Source: Magallana gigas (Eukaryota). Taken from it: a DNA stretch of 64,000 nt. Numbering within the stretch: the stretch's first letter is position 1; every line of letters begins with the position of its first letter. The stretch lies in NCBI RefSeq assembly GCF_963853765.1, contig NC_088860.1:22444001-22508000 (forward strand), written 5' to 3'. The notes under the pieces are model-generated. The model made no database searches. It was not told the origin of the DNA and worked only from the letters and a program-made list of their open reading frames with translations. Both the position numbers and the translations under genes were made by a program. Shown here in pieces: positions 50,801 to 63,470 of this stretch.

Positions 50801-53330
50801 AACACAATATTTATTAAATATTCTCCTTTATTGAGTACCTTTACAATCTTAGATTATATATTTTAATGAAAACCCTGAAAAAATTCACAGAATCATCAGG
50901 AACAGAGACATATTTTCTTCTCCAAAATTTAAAAGAGGAATAAAATTCTTAAAAATTAGATAATTGAAGGACACTATATTAATCTTGTTCAAAATATATG
51001 GCCTATCTACAAACTATCAATCTTCTTAAAACCAAATACAAAATGTACCGGTAAAAGTATGTAAAATATGTGTAGCAATTTTGAACTTAATTGAATTCAA
51101 ATTGTTGGATAAGTCATTGTAAAATACTCCCCCCCCCCCACCACCAAAAAAAATATGTGTCAATTTTTTAAGAGATTGTATATTTCACTTTTAAAATACT
51201 TTGGTTTCATTATAATTATAACAATTTTCAGGAATTAAGTGAAAATCACAGTTTCAAGAACAAAACAGTGTATTACTAAATGAGTATTAGAATTTCACTT
51301 TAATGAACATATAATTTTATGGATTATTAAAAAAAAAAAAGACTCAACAATGAAATTTGGTATTCAACAAATATTGATGAATGCTCAGTATGAGAAAAGC
51401 TCTCTTATATATTTATGTTGTTTTGAAAATGCTCCATATTAGGGACTCGACCTTCTTGTTTTTTTGCTCGTCAGGAATACGCGCACCCCATGCACTCTTT
51501 CAGATTTATTTCATTGGGCCTGCTTGAAAGCTACTGATACAATTGTTATTATACCCCATGCATTGATTTCCCTGAAATTTTGTAGGTATGAAGGACACAA
51601 TGTGTAGATGTGCTTATTACCAGGAAATTCCTATTCCATTGTTTTTCTGAGAATTTTCGCCCTTAAATTTGGATCTTAGAATATTTTTCCTTATTTGAAT
51701 GTAGTATTGAACAGTTGTGAGTGCAACTCCTCTTAAATTAGGTACTGCACAGAATTGTATGAAACTTTGTAGGTATTTAGGACAAAAATGTAAATGCATG
51801 TGCATATTACTAAGAAATTCCAATTTCTTAATTTTTCTGGGAATTTTGGCCATTTTTTAAATTCAAATATTGGCCCTTTATTGAACATGGTAATGAAAAG
51901 TTTATAAGCGTAACTCCTTTTAATTAAACTACTGCACAGAATTACAAGAAACTTTATAGGTATTAAGGACACAATGTGACAATGTGCTTGGCACCAGAAA
52001 ATTCTGATTTCTTAATTTTTCTGGGAATTTTTGCCCTTTTGAAAATTAGAATTTTGGTCCTAAATTGAACATACATGTACACATGTAGTAATGAACAATT
52101 TGTAGTAACTATATAACTAAGTGCAACTCCTCTTAAACTTCTGCACAGAATTACTGAAAAAACTTTGTAAGTATTTAGGACACAAAGTATAGATGTGCAT
52201 ATCTCCAAGAAATTCTGATTCCATAACTTTTCTGTGAATTTTGGCCCTTTTGAACTCACAATTTTGGTCCTATTTTGATCATTCATGTAGTAATGAACAA
52301 ATTGTTAGCGTGACTCCTCTTAAACCGCTGCAAGGAATTTTATAAAACTTTGTTGGTATTTATAAAATTATTTTTTGTATCAAATTGTTGCCTGTCATTT
52401 ATTACGTGTAGCATTGTCAAGTAATAAGGGGCATGGGGTATGTGAGCTTGCTCATTTTTTATTTTATTATTGATTTATTTTGTTTGCAGGGTGGCGATTT
52501 ATCCCTGATCTACACGATAGGCTGTGTGGAGATGTTCCTGTCCCTGGCAGAGACCGAGCTACCCATTGTAGGGGGCATTGTGATAGGTTTCGCAGTACCT
52601 CTGGTGAGTACCTACCTCACTGGTCAACAAAGTGGCATCGGTCATCTGTGTATTACTATATAGTAGTAGTCTCAGTGGTCGTCCAGACCTCACCATTACC
52701 AGCATTTTTTTTTTATTACTCAGCTCAGTTCTCAACTTAAATTCATAAAAGAGTGCCTTGATATGAGTTGAAACCTCTGAACTAAAGGATGAACTTTGAA
52801 GGGGCATGGTTACGGTTTTGGTCAAAATTTATTTTTCCGATTTTATTGTTTACATTGCTCTAGTAAGGTATTTTTAACAAGATTTTTTACTGGTATATTG
52901 AACCTATGTAAACAAAAACAGGACACGAGTCTTGGAGATCGTTAAGGTGAGGAATGTTGGTGATGGTCTGTCAAGGGTTGATAAAGGTGATATACAATAT
53001 CTAGCCATATTACTTCATGTAAAATAGTGATGATACCAGTAAAACCTATTTACACTTGAAGTTTTGTTTTTGTGGTGGGTATGTTGTGGAAGGAATTATG
53101 GCCAGGTGCTGTAGGTCCACCCAACCAATTTTGTTTTGTTTTGTTGGGTCTATACATGTAAAACTTTGTTTGGCTCAGACTGCGAAACTTTTGAGAGAAA
53201 AAATATTGATAATTGAATTTAATAAGGTTACAATAATATCTTTTCTCTGTTTTAGTTGATTGCCATATGCCTGTCAAGGTTGTTAGAAGGTCAAATCTTG
53301 GATCAGCAAAGACATATCCAATACCGATAA
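41878..53330 (+). CDS. TSPAN33: Tetraspanin, TspanC8 subfamily (TSPAN33-like), 273 aa, complete
   Basis: Exons 41878-41958, 46146-46346, 46621-46794, 49615-49746, 50185-50229, 52490-52603, 53256-53330 (822 nt). Motifs VSPCVKYTLFFFN, GCIGALREN, CCG, PYSCC; eight cysteines in the large extracellular loop. Subfamily is secure; exact orthology is by recalled similarity. Confidence 0.93.
45537..45685. repeat. Near-perfect ~149-bp palindrome centred on GCCC-TTC-GGGC (GAA loop on minus strand), probably part of a TE
   Basis: AATAAGGAATCATTCTTTGAATATTATGAG... / ...CTCATAATACTCAAAGAATGATTCCTTATT. Confidence 0.9.
46831..47220 (+). mobile_element. Degenerate Helentron/HINE-type fragment
   Basis: TTTTTAAGGTCACCTGAG..TCAGGT.GACC terminal hairpin followed by GTCCGTCGTCGT microsatellite. 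3' end uncertain. Confidence 0.5.
48003..48075 (+). mobile_element. Degenerate tRNA-derived SINE head or tRNA pseudogene
   Basis: TAGTTCAGTGGTAGAGC (A box-like) and GGTTTGATTCC (B box-like); acceptor and anticodon stems do not pair. Confidence 0.55.
48646..49317. mobile_element. Second, older copy of the 31791-32473 element with a decayed left palindrome arm
   Basis: Collinear from GAGATTGATCAACC through to CAGTCCTGGGGAAAACAA. Confidence 0.8.
51459..52455. mobile_element. Helentron/HINE-like element with internal ~190-210-bp tandem array
   Basis: Recurring GTGCAACTCCTCTTAAA / CTGCACAGAATT..GAAACTTTGTAGGTATTTAGGACA units at ~51720, 51910, 52120 and 52310. Confidence 0.55.
52800..52880 (+). 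mobile_element. Truncated left end of the 35483-type MITE
   Basis: AGGGGCATGGTTACGGTTTTGGTCAAAATTTATTTTTCCGATT. Confidence 0.5.
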
Positions 53331-56272
53331 AGTTCAGAGGTCACTCACTCATGATTGGGTCAAAGGTCAACAGCAAAACCAATGGCCCTCAGGATGCATA
53401 ATGACTTAGCAATATTTTACACATTGTACCCCAGACTTTATCATAAATCCAATGTATCCTTCATTAAATGATTTTACTTCTTAATATTTTAATATGCAGG
53501 GATATTCAAAATACAGTAAGGAGAGCTATATTATACATTGCATCAATTTTTCAAATGAATTATTTTTTTTTTGTTAATATATAAAAAACCATATGTAATT
53601 ATGTATTGGTCATTTATGTCTTTCTTATTTTTGTTTAAAAAAAATGTGCCTATTTACTTGTTTGTTAATCTCAATCTTTTGTTCGCTGGACGATGTACAA
53701 GTTGTATCTTATATTTTGCTGGCAAAAGTTCTCGTTTTTTTAATTCAATGTCAAATTAATTGGTCTCTTTTTTGTAATTTAATTGATCTCTAATTTATGT
53801 TAAATTTTTGTGATTTTGGTTAGATATTTTTTAATGCTAATTCAATACAACCTAATGGTTTGTACATATTTGAATGGTCAATGTTATTTTACAACAACAG
53901 AAGAATGATACATGAGATTTATTGACTGATAAAATGCAGCTGAGAAGCGCATTCATTTTTGAGATTTTTTAAGTTAGCATTAATGGCTTCACTTTACACG
54001 TAATTATTGTGAAGTACTTTGGGGGATGTTCTGTGAATTAGCTTTCTGTTATTTAGATTTTTTTAATTACTGCTAAATGTTTGATCAATTTGATTATAAA
54101 CTCTTAATTATTCAAATTAATATCTAAGAAGTTGATTGTGAACAAAATTCATTGTTGTAGTTGAGTTTCTTTCCTCAAAAATTAGAAAATCTACATCAGA
54201 GGCGAGTTCAAAAGTGTGAGTGCTCGCGATCACTTGCCATAATTTGTGTTGCGGGTATAGGGAATTTTGGCAGGTGCTTGCATGGGAGGTGCTTGCTCTG
54301 TTGAACTTGCCTTAGGTATAGGACCATTTTTCAATGTGCAGTCACATGATGACTATACATCATGTTCATTAGATTTGAACATTCTGACCAGAACAATTTA
54401 CCATGATACATAAAGCATAATATGGCGGTTTTATCATTTGTGCCTTAATTTTTTTTTTCCTTTCCCTTTTCAAACAGACCAATTAATTATGAGTTCTATA
54501 ACACTGTGTGATAGTTGCAACAGAAACTGAGCTCATGTTTGAAAAAAAATTTTTAACAGTACTGTATTTCATTAGTTGTAGACTGACTTGATACTGTGAA
54601 AATTAGCTGCAAGATCAAACATTTAGATGTTCATGTAATGAAAATGAGGAAAGTCATCCATTTATGTTAAACTTTCGAAGGGCCAACAAATCTGTACATG
54701 TTATATATATTATAAATGGGACCTTGGTTGAATTAATGCTTACACCAGTTAACCACTATGTCTTCATCAATCAAGATGTAGATTACCGGCATCTAGAAAA
54801 TAAACTACATGAGACATTTGATGACTAGTTTGCGATGAGAAATGTTTGTGCAACGAGGCTCTCACGAAAATTTTTTGTGTACACACTTAAAAGTTTTTGG
54901 TTTACAATATATATTCGACTGCATTAATTCTCACTCATTTTTTCAATTTCTTGCATTGACTTGCCACTCAAAAAGGTTACTCATGCATCTTTGATGGTTT
55001 GTTTGATTTAACATTTTGTATGAACAATCTGTTCCTTGTTTCAGAGATTTGTTGATTTTTGTTTATCCTAGACATTCCTTTAGTCCTTATACATGTAGAA
55101 TAGCTGGAAAAATCAACCATGCATATTTATTTCTTCTTATTGCTTCTCTTTAATATGTTTTCATCCTGGACGATAGAGTAAGTCCCTGAATTTATGTTTA
55201 TTTTGTCAATAATTGCCTACATATGGAAACGCAAAGTCAGTAATTTTATGCTCAAAGCCATTTTCTCTGAATTTCAAAAATTTTGAAACTCACTTTGTTG
55301 TTTAATCCTTTGCTCACAAACACATTCAGTGAAGATTGATGGAATTATACTTTTCATTTATATCTATGATAATGTTCATACTTTTAATTTCCATATCAAT
55401 TTATTCTTGATAACTTTAAAAGATTCAAAAGTAAAGCCAGTAATTTTATTGTGCTTCATAATGGTTGAAAAATAAGTCTTAATATATGTATAAAAAATGT
55501 TGTCAGCCATATCCCTGATATTCATCATTTTTTTTTAAAATAGAGCTTATTCCAATTTCAAATGAAGTGTGCAATCTACAAATGTGTATGTACAGTATAT
55601 AAATCTGTACTGTTATATTGTGTTACAATAAATTTATTATTTGTACTACATATATGCTTGTTCTAACAGGCCTAAATATATGTACATAATCATGATTTAA
55701 ATGAGAGAAAAAATTGTGCAGGAAAACAATTTTTATTTTATAAAGTTATATATATATACTGAGTATATATGTATTAATTATCAGGACGAATTAAAATTTG
55801 TTTTTTCTACTTACTGGTATATCATAGAAATATATATTTAAATCAATTTGATAGTTATACATGTATTATTGTGTGAGATAATTTGACCACAGGAAAATAG
55901 GTGAAAGTCTATTTCCCTCCGTAATAAAGCGTGTATATTTATTAGATACATGTTGTTTTCTTGTTTTGATATTGTCATACAAAATCTTTACTCATTTGGG
56001 TTTAATTCGGAAAAGTTAAGTGGAAATGTGTATTTTCGAACCCAACATTCTGCAATGAAATGTTGCTATAGAGATTTATGAGTATTTTTATTACAAGAGT
56101 ATGTTATAAGAAATTTCTATATGGTAATATTTATCTAGTACCGGTAGATGGATTCATTTATTGTTCATATCATTTTTTTTTCAGGAAGCATAAATGTATT
56201 GTTCATGCTATGTTTATCATATTGAATATTTATATAAATATTACGGAAACATACTGTTGCCAGTTTGTTTTA

Positions 56273-56308
<36 letters not shown>

Positions 56309-56380
56309 ATTCTGATCACATTTTGTCTGCCGTCCGTCTGTCCGTAAACTTTTCACATTTTCAACATCTTCTCAAGAACT

Positions 56381-56412
<32 letters not shown>

Positions 56413-57393
56413 TCATCCTTAGGCAAAGGGGATTCAAAATTGTGAAAATTATGGGCCACACCCGTTTTCAAGGGGAGATAATTAGAAATTAATGAAAAAT
56501 TTCGAGTAATTTTCAAAAATCTTCTTCTCAAGAACCATAAAGCCAGGAAAGCTGAAACTTGTGTGGAAGCATCCTCAGGTAGTGTAGATTCCAAGTTGTG
56601 AAATCCATGACCCCTTTAAAAATCTTCTTCCCAGAAGCTGATCAGCCCTGAAAGCTGAAACTTCACAATGGGGGCTCGAAGTTTTACATAGGAATATATA
56701 GAGTAAATCTTTAAAATTCTTCTTCCCAGAAACTAATCAGCTAGGAAAGCTGAAACTTGTGTGGAAGCATCCTCAGGTAGTGTAGATTCCAAGTTGTGAA
56801 AATCATGATCACTGAGGGTAGGGTGGGGCACAATGGGGGCTTGAAGTTTTACATAGGAATATATAGAGTAAATATTTAAAAATTTTCTTCTCAGAAACTA
56901 ATCAGCCAGAAAAGCTGAAACTTGTGTGGAAGTATCCTCAGGTAGTGTAGATTCAAAGATGTGAAAATCATGATCCCTTGGGATAGGGTGGGGCCACATT
57001 TTGGGGCGGGGTTAAAGTTTTACATAGGAATATATAGAGAAAATCTTTTAAAATCTTCTCAGAAACTAATCAGCCAGATGATTCTTTATAATTGTTAAGA
57101 CTTTGGCTCCAGGGCAATTCTTCGGCCTCACAAGAAGGTTCAGAGTTTGATGTAGCTTTATATTACATATATAAACAATTGTTAAGGATCTGTTTGAGAA
57201 CTGCAATACTCAACATGTGTTATGACCATAAAATCATCCTGTTAGAAAAGGGACTAATGATTATAAACATAAGAATATCCAGGGGGAAAATGGATTTTAT
57301 TTATACAGGATCTACGTGTATTATTGTACATTGTCCAGATTGTTTTTTATATGACTCCATTAAGCTGATTTTATCATACCTATTGTTCCTCAT

Positions 57394-57424
<31 letters not shown>
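56273..57424 (+). mobile_element. Full-length non-autonomous Helentron (HINE) with Cg170-like satellite array
   Basis: 5' TTTTTAGCTCACCTGAGCTGAAAGCTCAAGTGAGC; GTCC microsatellite; ~165-bp monomers (AAGCTGAAACTTGTGTGGAAG at ~56550, 56747 and 56912); 3' GTGAGCGATGT-GGCCCATGGGCC-TCTTGTT. Confidence 0.9.
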
Positions 57425-57425
<1 letters not shown>

Positions 57426-57441
57426 CTTACTCTGTGAATAA

Positions 57442-57583
57442 NNNNNNNNNNNNNNNNNNNNNNNNNNNNNNNNNNNNNNNNNNNNNNNNNNNNNNNNNNN
57501 NNNNNNNNNNNNNNNNNNNNNNNNNNNNNNNNNNNNNNNNNNNNNNNNNNNNNNNNNNNNNNNNNNNNNNNNNNNNNNNNNNN
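57442..57583. other. Assembly gap (N run)
   Basis: 142 N. Confidence 1.
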
Positions 57584-57597
57584 CATATTGTACAATG

Positions 57598-57667
57598 TAT
57601 TACAAATCTAAATAGTATGTTGTTCTAACGAGACACTAAATGGATGATATAAACGACGTAAGTAATA
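57598..57667 (+). repeat. 70-bp direct repeat, left copy (right copy 63401-63470)
   Basis: TATTACAAATCTAAATAGTATGTTGTTCT(A/T)ACGAGACACTAAATGGATGATATAAACGACGTAAGTAATA; one mismatch between copies. Confidence 0.95.
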
Positions 57668-60600
57668 TTATGTAATATTGTTGATCTGGCTAGGTTTGAT
57701 TGAAAAACATAAAACATGGTTGTGTGTATATACTGCCATTTATTTTTGCTAATAAGAAAAATTAGGCAATAAGGGGAGGTCTTCAAACAGTCATAATATC
57801 AATTACCAGACATTGAATGTAAGTTATAAAAGGTGAGCAAATGACCTCCCCCATATTAAACAAAGATGTATACAATATCAACATGTACCAAATATACATA
57901 CAACAAACATATTGTTGAACAAAAACAGCATTGTACATATCAACAGCAACATACATGTGTAATACAGTGCAAAATAAATCCCCAACTATAAAGGTGATGA
58001 AGGGGAAGGAGGGTGGGTTGATTGCGGTATTTACAAACTTGTTGACAGCTGACAGTTAAAATGACGTAGTCAAAACATCGCGCGACTAAACGCCGCACTC
58101 TGATTGGTTAATTTAGACAATTAAAGAAGATCAGCTAAATACTCAAAAATACTCAAATATTAGAATTACAATTATATCATGACTAGACTATTATTTTTGG
58201 TACTGGCATAAAAATAACATATCACAATTTACATAAATGCTATTATTTACAATAATGCTGTATTATGTAATATTGTTGATCTGGCTAGGATTGATTGAAA
58301 AACATAAAACATGGTTGTGTGTATATACTGCCATTTATTTTTGCTAATAAGAAAAATTAGGCAATAAGGGGAGGTCTTCAAACAGTCATAATATCAATTA
58401 CCAGACATTGAATGTTAGTTATAAAAGGTGAGCAGAAGACCTCCCCCATATTAAACAAAGATGTATACAATATCAACATGTACCAAATATACATACAACA
58501 AACATATTGTTGAACAAAAACAGCCACCAAAAGCAAACAGCAGGTTTGCACAAAAAGACCCCACACAAGGTGGACTAGCCAGATCATGGTAGTCAACAAT
58601 ATGAAAGATGGCAGTACATACAACACATATGGCAATGACTAACCTCTGCCTTATATGGAGATTTAAATATTAATTAACATATCATGAAGGCACAGATTAT
58701 CTATACATGTATAACCAAACCAGTTAAAAATTTGCATACCACTATGGACATCTTATTTTTAACGTTGCAAGCATTAACACATCAGTTGACTTCTGCCCTG
58801 TGTTAATATGACAGTATAATATACATGTTAACAGTTTTTATACTATCAAACATGTTTTAAAATACAGATAGACATGTAATCAAACATTTTCAGATGAACC
58901 AGTAGGCACATGTTACTAAAATGACAAAATCAAACAACAGAAGCAATGGTTAAAAAACTATACAGCAGGCATAAACACATCAGTTTACTTCTGACCTGTG
59001 TAAAATTATGTTAGGTGTAACCACATCATGCACATAGTATAGATAAATGTTATACATGAATCACACTGAATAATGTCCAATGTAAGACAAATGATAGGGA
59101 ATTGTGATGATAATTGAATTTTGACATACAACTAATCTATACATTGAATTAACAACACAAACAATGCATATCAGATACAATTATTTAACACAGCAGTTAA
59201 CTTCTGAACTGTGAAAACCTTCCAGAAAAATATACATACATAGCATTTGCTATATGTATTTAAAATGTAAAGCTTGACAAACGTATGTATCTACGAATAG
59301 CATCAGATTTCCATCTTCCCATTTTTTGAATGCAGTTTTCAGAATAACCCAAATGTGCTGCATGAGTGGCTGCCCCTATCTTAAAGCTGTGACCTTTGTA
59401 TAAAGCAGGTTTCAAACCAACAAAATCAATAATATTAGTAAGATTTTTCACTACAAATGCATAAGTACGGAAGCCCTGGGAGGACATCGACTTACTTCTT
59501 AATTGTTATGAGCCCAGGAAGGACATTTTGACTTACTTCCTAATCAGTATTAATTTTTATTTATTTGTTACGTTTTAGGTACAGTAGACGAAATTTTAAA
59601 TTTAAACATATTTTATTTAATAAATTCAATAGGATTGGACAACAGGCATAGCCTATGTATACCCTCTTCTTGTATAATAGGTCATGTTACATAAATTTTT
59701 AGAATTATATAGGACACTATACTTATATAACTGTAATCATGTATTTAAATAATAACATATTACGTATATTATTTGTGAATTACAGAGCTATAATAATATA
59801 TGAGGATATACATTATAATACAGTAATACAGTATACGAATTATGTAGTTAGAATTAAGCTGCATTTACCAATAACAGTCCGGCTGTTATTGTCAAATTTT
59901 ATCTTTATTGTATACATCATGTAAAATTTGTTCCAAGAGTTTTACAGGTTGATAGGGGAACAAAAAATAAAAGTGTTAGTTGCTTGCAACCTCTTTTTTA
60001 ATTCCATTCAAATGATTCTATTGCTGCATGGTGTTAAACGTTTTATGCATGGAAAAAGTACGTTCGACCAAAGAATAGAGGCGTGGTGTGGAGTTCTTAA
60101 GAAGCTTGGGATTCAATGGTGGATTAATTTATTTGAAGATATCGTGGATACTGAGATGTTCGACTTAGACAATCCAGTTGTGAAAGAGTGCCTGCAATTT
60201 ACGTCATGGACGTCTTGCAAACTGATTTGGAGAGAATAGCGAACCACAGGAATTATCATGGTCAAGACATCATCTACACATTCTAAAGTTTAACCTCAAG
60301 AGTACATCTCAGATGATAAAAAAAGATAATAATCTAAAAAATAAAAAATGAAATGAAGTAATTAAAATATCAGGAAATTATATTAAAAATAAAAATAATT
60401 GTACTACACTTTGATGACGAATAGCAAAAGCTGTATTCAATTCGGAGCAAACAAATCAAATGAAATTGAGCTGTTTCATGCCAAAAATTATACATCTTGT
60501 CATAGCTCTCATAATGGCGCAAATTTGAATTAACCAAGCGATATATCTTGATTTATTCATTGTTCTGTGATATTTATGAAAAAATTGTTATCAGATTCCT

Positions 60601-63400
60601 CTTTCTGAAAATAATAAAGAACTAATACAGTAATTGTCAAAATAAATTAAATGGATGTTATATCAAATTTATTTAAAGTCAATCAGGACTCAAGCTATAT
60701 CCTTCTTGTTTCTTGCTTGTACTTATTACTTACTTGTTGTTTTTTAATACTTACTAGTTATTTATTAATTCTTAATACTTACTACCTATTACTTAATACT
60801 TGCTTGTTAATTGTTAAATTTTATTTCTTAATTGTTATTACTTATTATTTACTGGTTATTTATTAATTCTTAATACTTATTTGTTTTACTTGTTATTTTC
60901 TAGTTATTTCTAATTTCATTTTAATTTTTCATCTCTACGACAATCAGCTCCAATATCAGGATTAGAAATCCAAATATTTAATTAAGACTTGCTTTGCCAG
61001 TTTACTATTAACTGATATATAAGCATGTGTTTCAACTTGAACCTAGATACTCCTGGTATAGAAGGTCTTTATACCTAAACGTGTGATGACAGTCCAAGTT
61101 AATAAGCATTTCAATTTAATTGAATGGCTGTCTGAAAAGTTAGAGATATTGGCATATGTATTTTGTATCTTAGAATAAAAATGTTTAAGTAATAATGCAT
61201 GTATTATTGTGGTTTTTTATGTTTAGAATCAATTTTCAAATACATCTCATTTGGATAAAAAAAGCATCTTTCCTGTACGAGCCAACTAGTAAATGTATGC
61301 ATAGTAAAAGTATATATTTTTTGAAAGTACAGCCCATTACAGTTTTACCCAAAATTATGCCTGGAACAATTTTTTACTGGAGGTTGGCTTGGAGTCTAAT
61401 ATCTTTTTAGTTAATTTACTATGCAAATTTGATATTTTAAATTTTTCAAAAGGGAGGGTAACTTATAATCTTAAACTGTTTTCTGGATCTTCAACCTTCT
61501 AGATACATGCATGCAAAGTTTAAAAATAACGCTTAAAAAATATTCATGTATGATAACCCCTTTTCTTGGGTATAAAATGTTCTGGGTTTTTTTTATCTTT
61601 TGACTTTCTAATATGTTTTATCCTTGTTTAAGAACTTTTCAAAATATTCAAATGAATAACTGTTAGTCAGTGTAAATTATTATTCAAGATTTTGTAAAAT
61701 AAATGCATATACAAGTAAAAAGAATTATCCTAATACATCATGAGCAGTTGTTTTTTTACATATCAGCTGATTTATAAGCTAGATAAGATCCTGAATGTAG
61801 AGCAGTTACTGCTTTTTTACCCTCAGAAAGTCAGCAAATTCAGATTTTTAACCATTTGAAAGAATAATATTAAGATGAATTTGAATTTAACAAAGTGTCC
61901 CAGAAAGAAGCCATCTATATATATAAACAAGTCAATACCAAAGACAATACTAGACTGTATTCACATATGTACGGCAATACCAATCCCGAGGTTAAAGTTT
62001 AATAAAAAAAAATTGAATTTTACCCATATAAATCTATGTACGCGTAGAGAATATTTTTTTGCCCTCAAAATGAGCAAAAATGAAGACCGGTGTAGTATAA
62101 AAAATATTTCAGTTCTCATACAAAATTTTACTGTATTTATTCTAAAATAAAGGTAAAGTTTGTTGGCACATGACAGTGACAGAATTACGGATTGAAATAT
62201 CAAAACCATATATGTCCCCCTATAAAATTACTTCGATCTCGGGTGCATTTATAAAAAAAAATATTCTTTATATCAATAAAAAGTAATCTTCTTTGCTGGA
62301 ACTAGTGTTGGTATCAGTGTCCATGTTGAGCGGTACACCACCGCCACGTGTTATTCATTGCTCGAAATTCAATTTTTTTTTTATCAAATAATAGTTACAT
62401 GTTTGTCATAAAAAAATAAGTCATAACAATTAAGAAATAAGTCAATATGTCCTTCCAGGGCTCATAACAATTAAGAAGTAAGTCAATGTCCTCCCAGGGC
62501 TTCCGTACATAAGTTACTAAATTGAAACAATGGACCTGACTTGTGGCCAAATGTATGCAAGTAATTATATAATGCTTGAACGGGGCACATTTCCTTATTA
62601 TTTGATGCTTTAAGATGGATTTGAAAAATGTCATGTGTTTTATTTGTTTTGAAATTTTTTAACACAATTTCAACAGCCACAGGTGTTGTTTGAAGCATTT
62701 CAAAAGTAGCATCATTTTTTTGAATTACTTTACACTGATCAGTTTTGGATTTTACCACAATCTCACCTAATTTAAACGCAAGAAAGCATTGAAAGCTAAC
62801 AAAAAATGGATTTCAGAAGAATCCTAGTGTACAAATTTTTAACAGAAAGATCCATTGATTTTAACATGTTTGACAAAATGGGACCTGTAATCGGTAACCT
62901 GGAATCTTTACTAGGTGCAGATCGAATGATGGCATCGGCCTGTATGATTTTCCTAACTAAGAATGTTTCAGATGGATCTTGAAGGCTAAGAAATTTGTGT
63001 ACATAGCTTATGGCTGAAACATGAGAAGATATACTATTTGGGGAATAGCCAAGAGAAAACAGACAGGCAATAAAATTGCATAATATTGCAGGTGAAAGAG
63101 GAATGGAAGTTTTATTTGGAAAGTGTTGAATAAAGAGCTTCCATGTTCTTTTGTAGACATTTTTTGTGTTGTCACATAATGCCGCACCTAAAAGCTGCTG
63201 AGCTTGCAAAGTTAAAGTTCCAACAGGGGTTCTGGAATGAGTGTTGGGTTGGGTTCCAATTGAGGCATGTATTGAAAGGCTGCCTGAAACTGGAAACGAG
63301 ACAATTTGTCAGCTGCGATATTGTATTTGCCAGGTATATGTTTTGCTCGAAAATGAATATTCCATTTCAGGGTTGCTAACACTAGGCGGCGTACTAATTT
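57666..63400 (-). mobile_element. 5'-truncated tyrosine-recombinase retrotransposon (DIRS order, Ngaro-like split direct repeats), defective
   Basis: RNase H C-terminus (LVRRLVLATLKWNIHFRAKHIPGKYNIAADKLSR, 63400-63212) followed by YR (63209-62514 and 59465-59260) with FLRLGE, CPV.AL, GHSFKIGAAT, GRWKSDA, RYIR, disrupted by frameshifts. A ~265-bp direct repeat at 57666-57930 and 58261-58523 flanks a promoter-like spacer. Confidence 0.87.
59466..62507 (+). mobile_element. IS3EU-type DNA transposon (3042 bp) inserted in the YR gene, degraded transposase
   Basis: TACGGAAGCCCTGGGAGGACA ... TGTCCTCCCAGGGCTTCCGTA with ~80-bp TIRs; exact 6-bp TSD CATAAG; TAY..RTA ends. Integrase-core remnant HGKSTFDQRIEAWCGVLKKLGIQWWINLF..ECLQF at ~60040-60290. 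Confidence 0.85.
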
Positions 63401-63470
63401 TATTACAAATCTAAATAGTATGTTGTTCTTACGAGACACTAAATGGATGATATAAACGACGTAAGTAATA
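63401..63470 (+). repeat. 70-bp direct repeat, right copy
   Basis: Matches 57598-57667 and abuts the truncation point of RNase H. Confidence 0.95.

Noticed and set aside
268-56594. ORFs 268-501, 56194-56445 and 56379-56594
   Set aside because: Translations of the HINE and satellite sequence.
1-57100. Regular ~166-bp and ~200-bp repeats as a CRISPR-like array
   Set aside because: Whole units repeat with no unique spacers, they lie inside Helentron ends, and the context is eukaryotic with no cas genes.
3166-57628. ORFs containing X runs
   Set aside because: Artefacts of N gaps.
60651-60866. Leu/Tyr-rich ORF inside the IS3EU element
   Set aside because: Low-complexity TACTT(A/G) repeats, not a protein.
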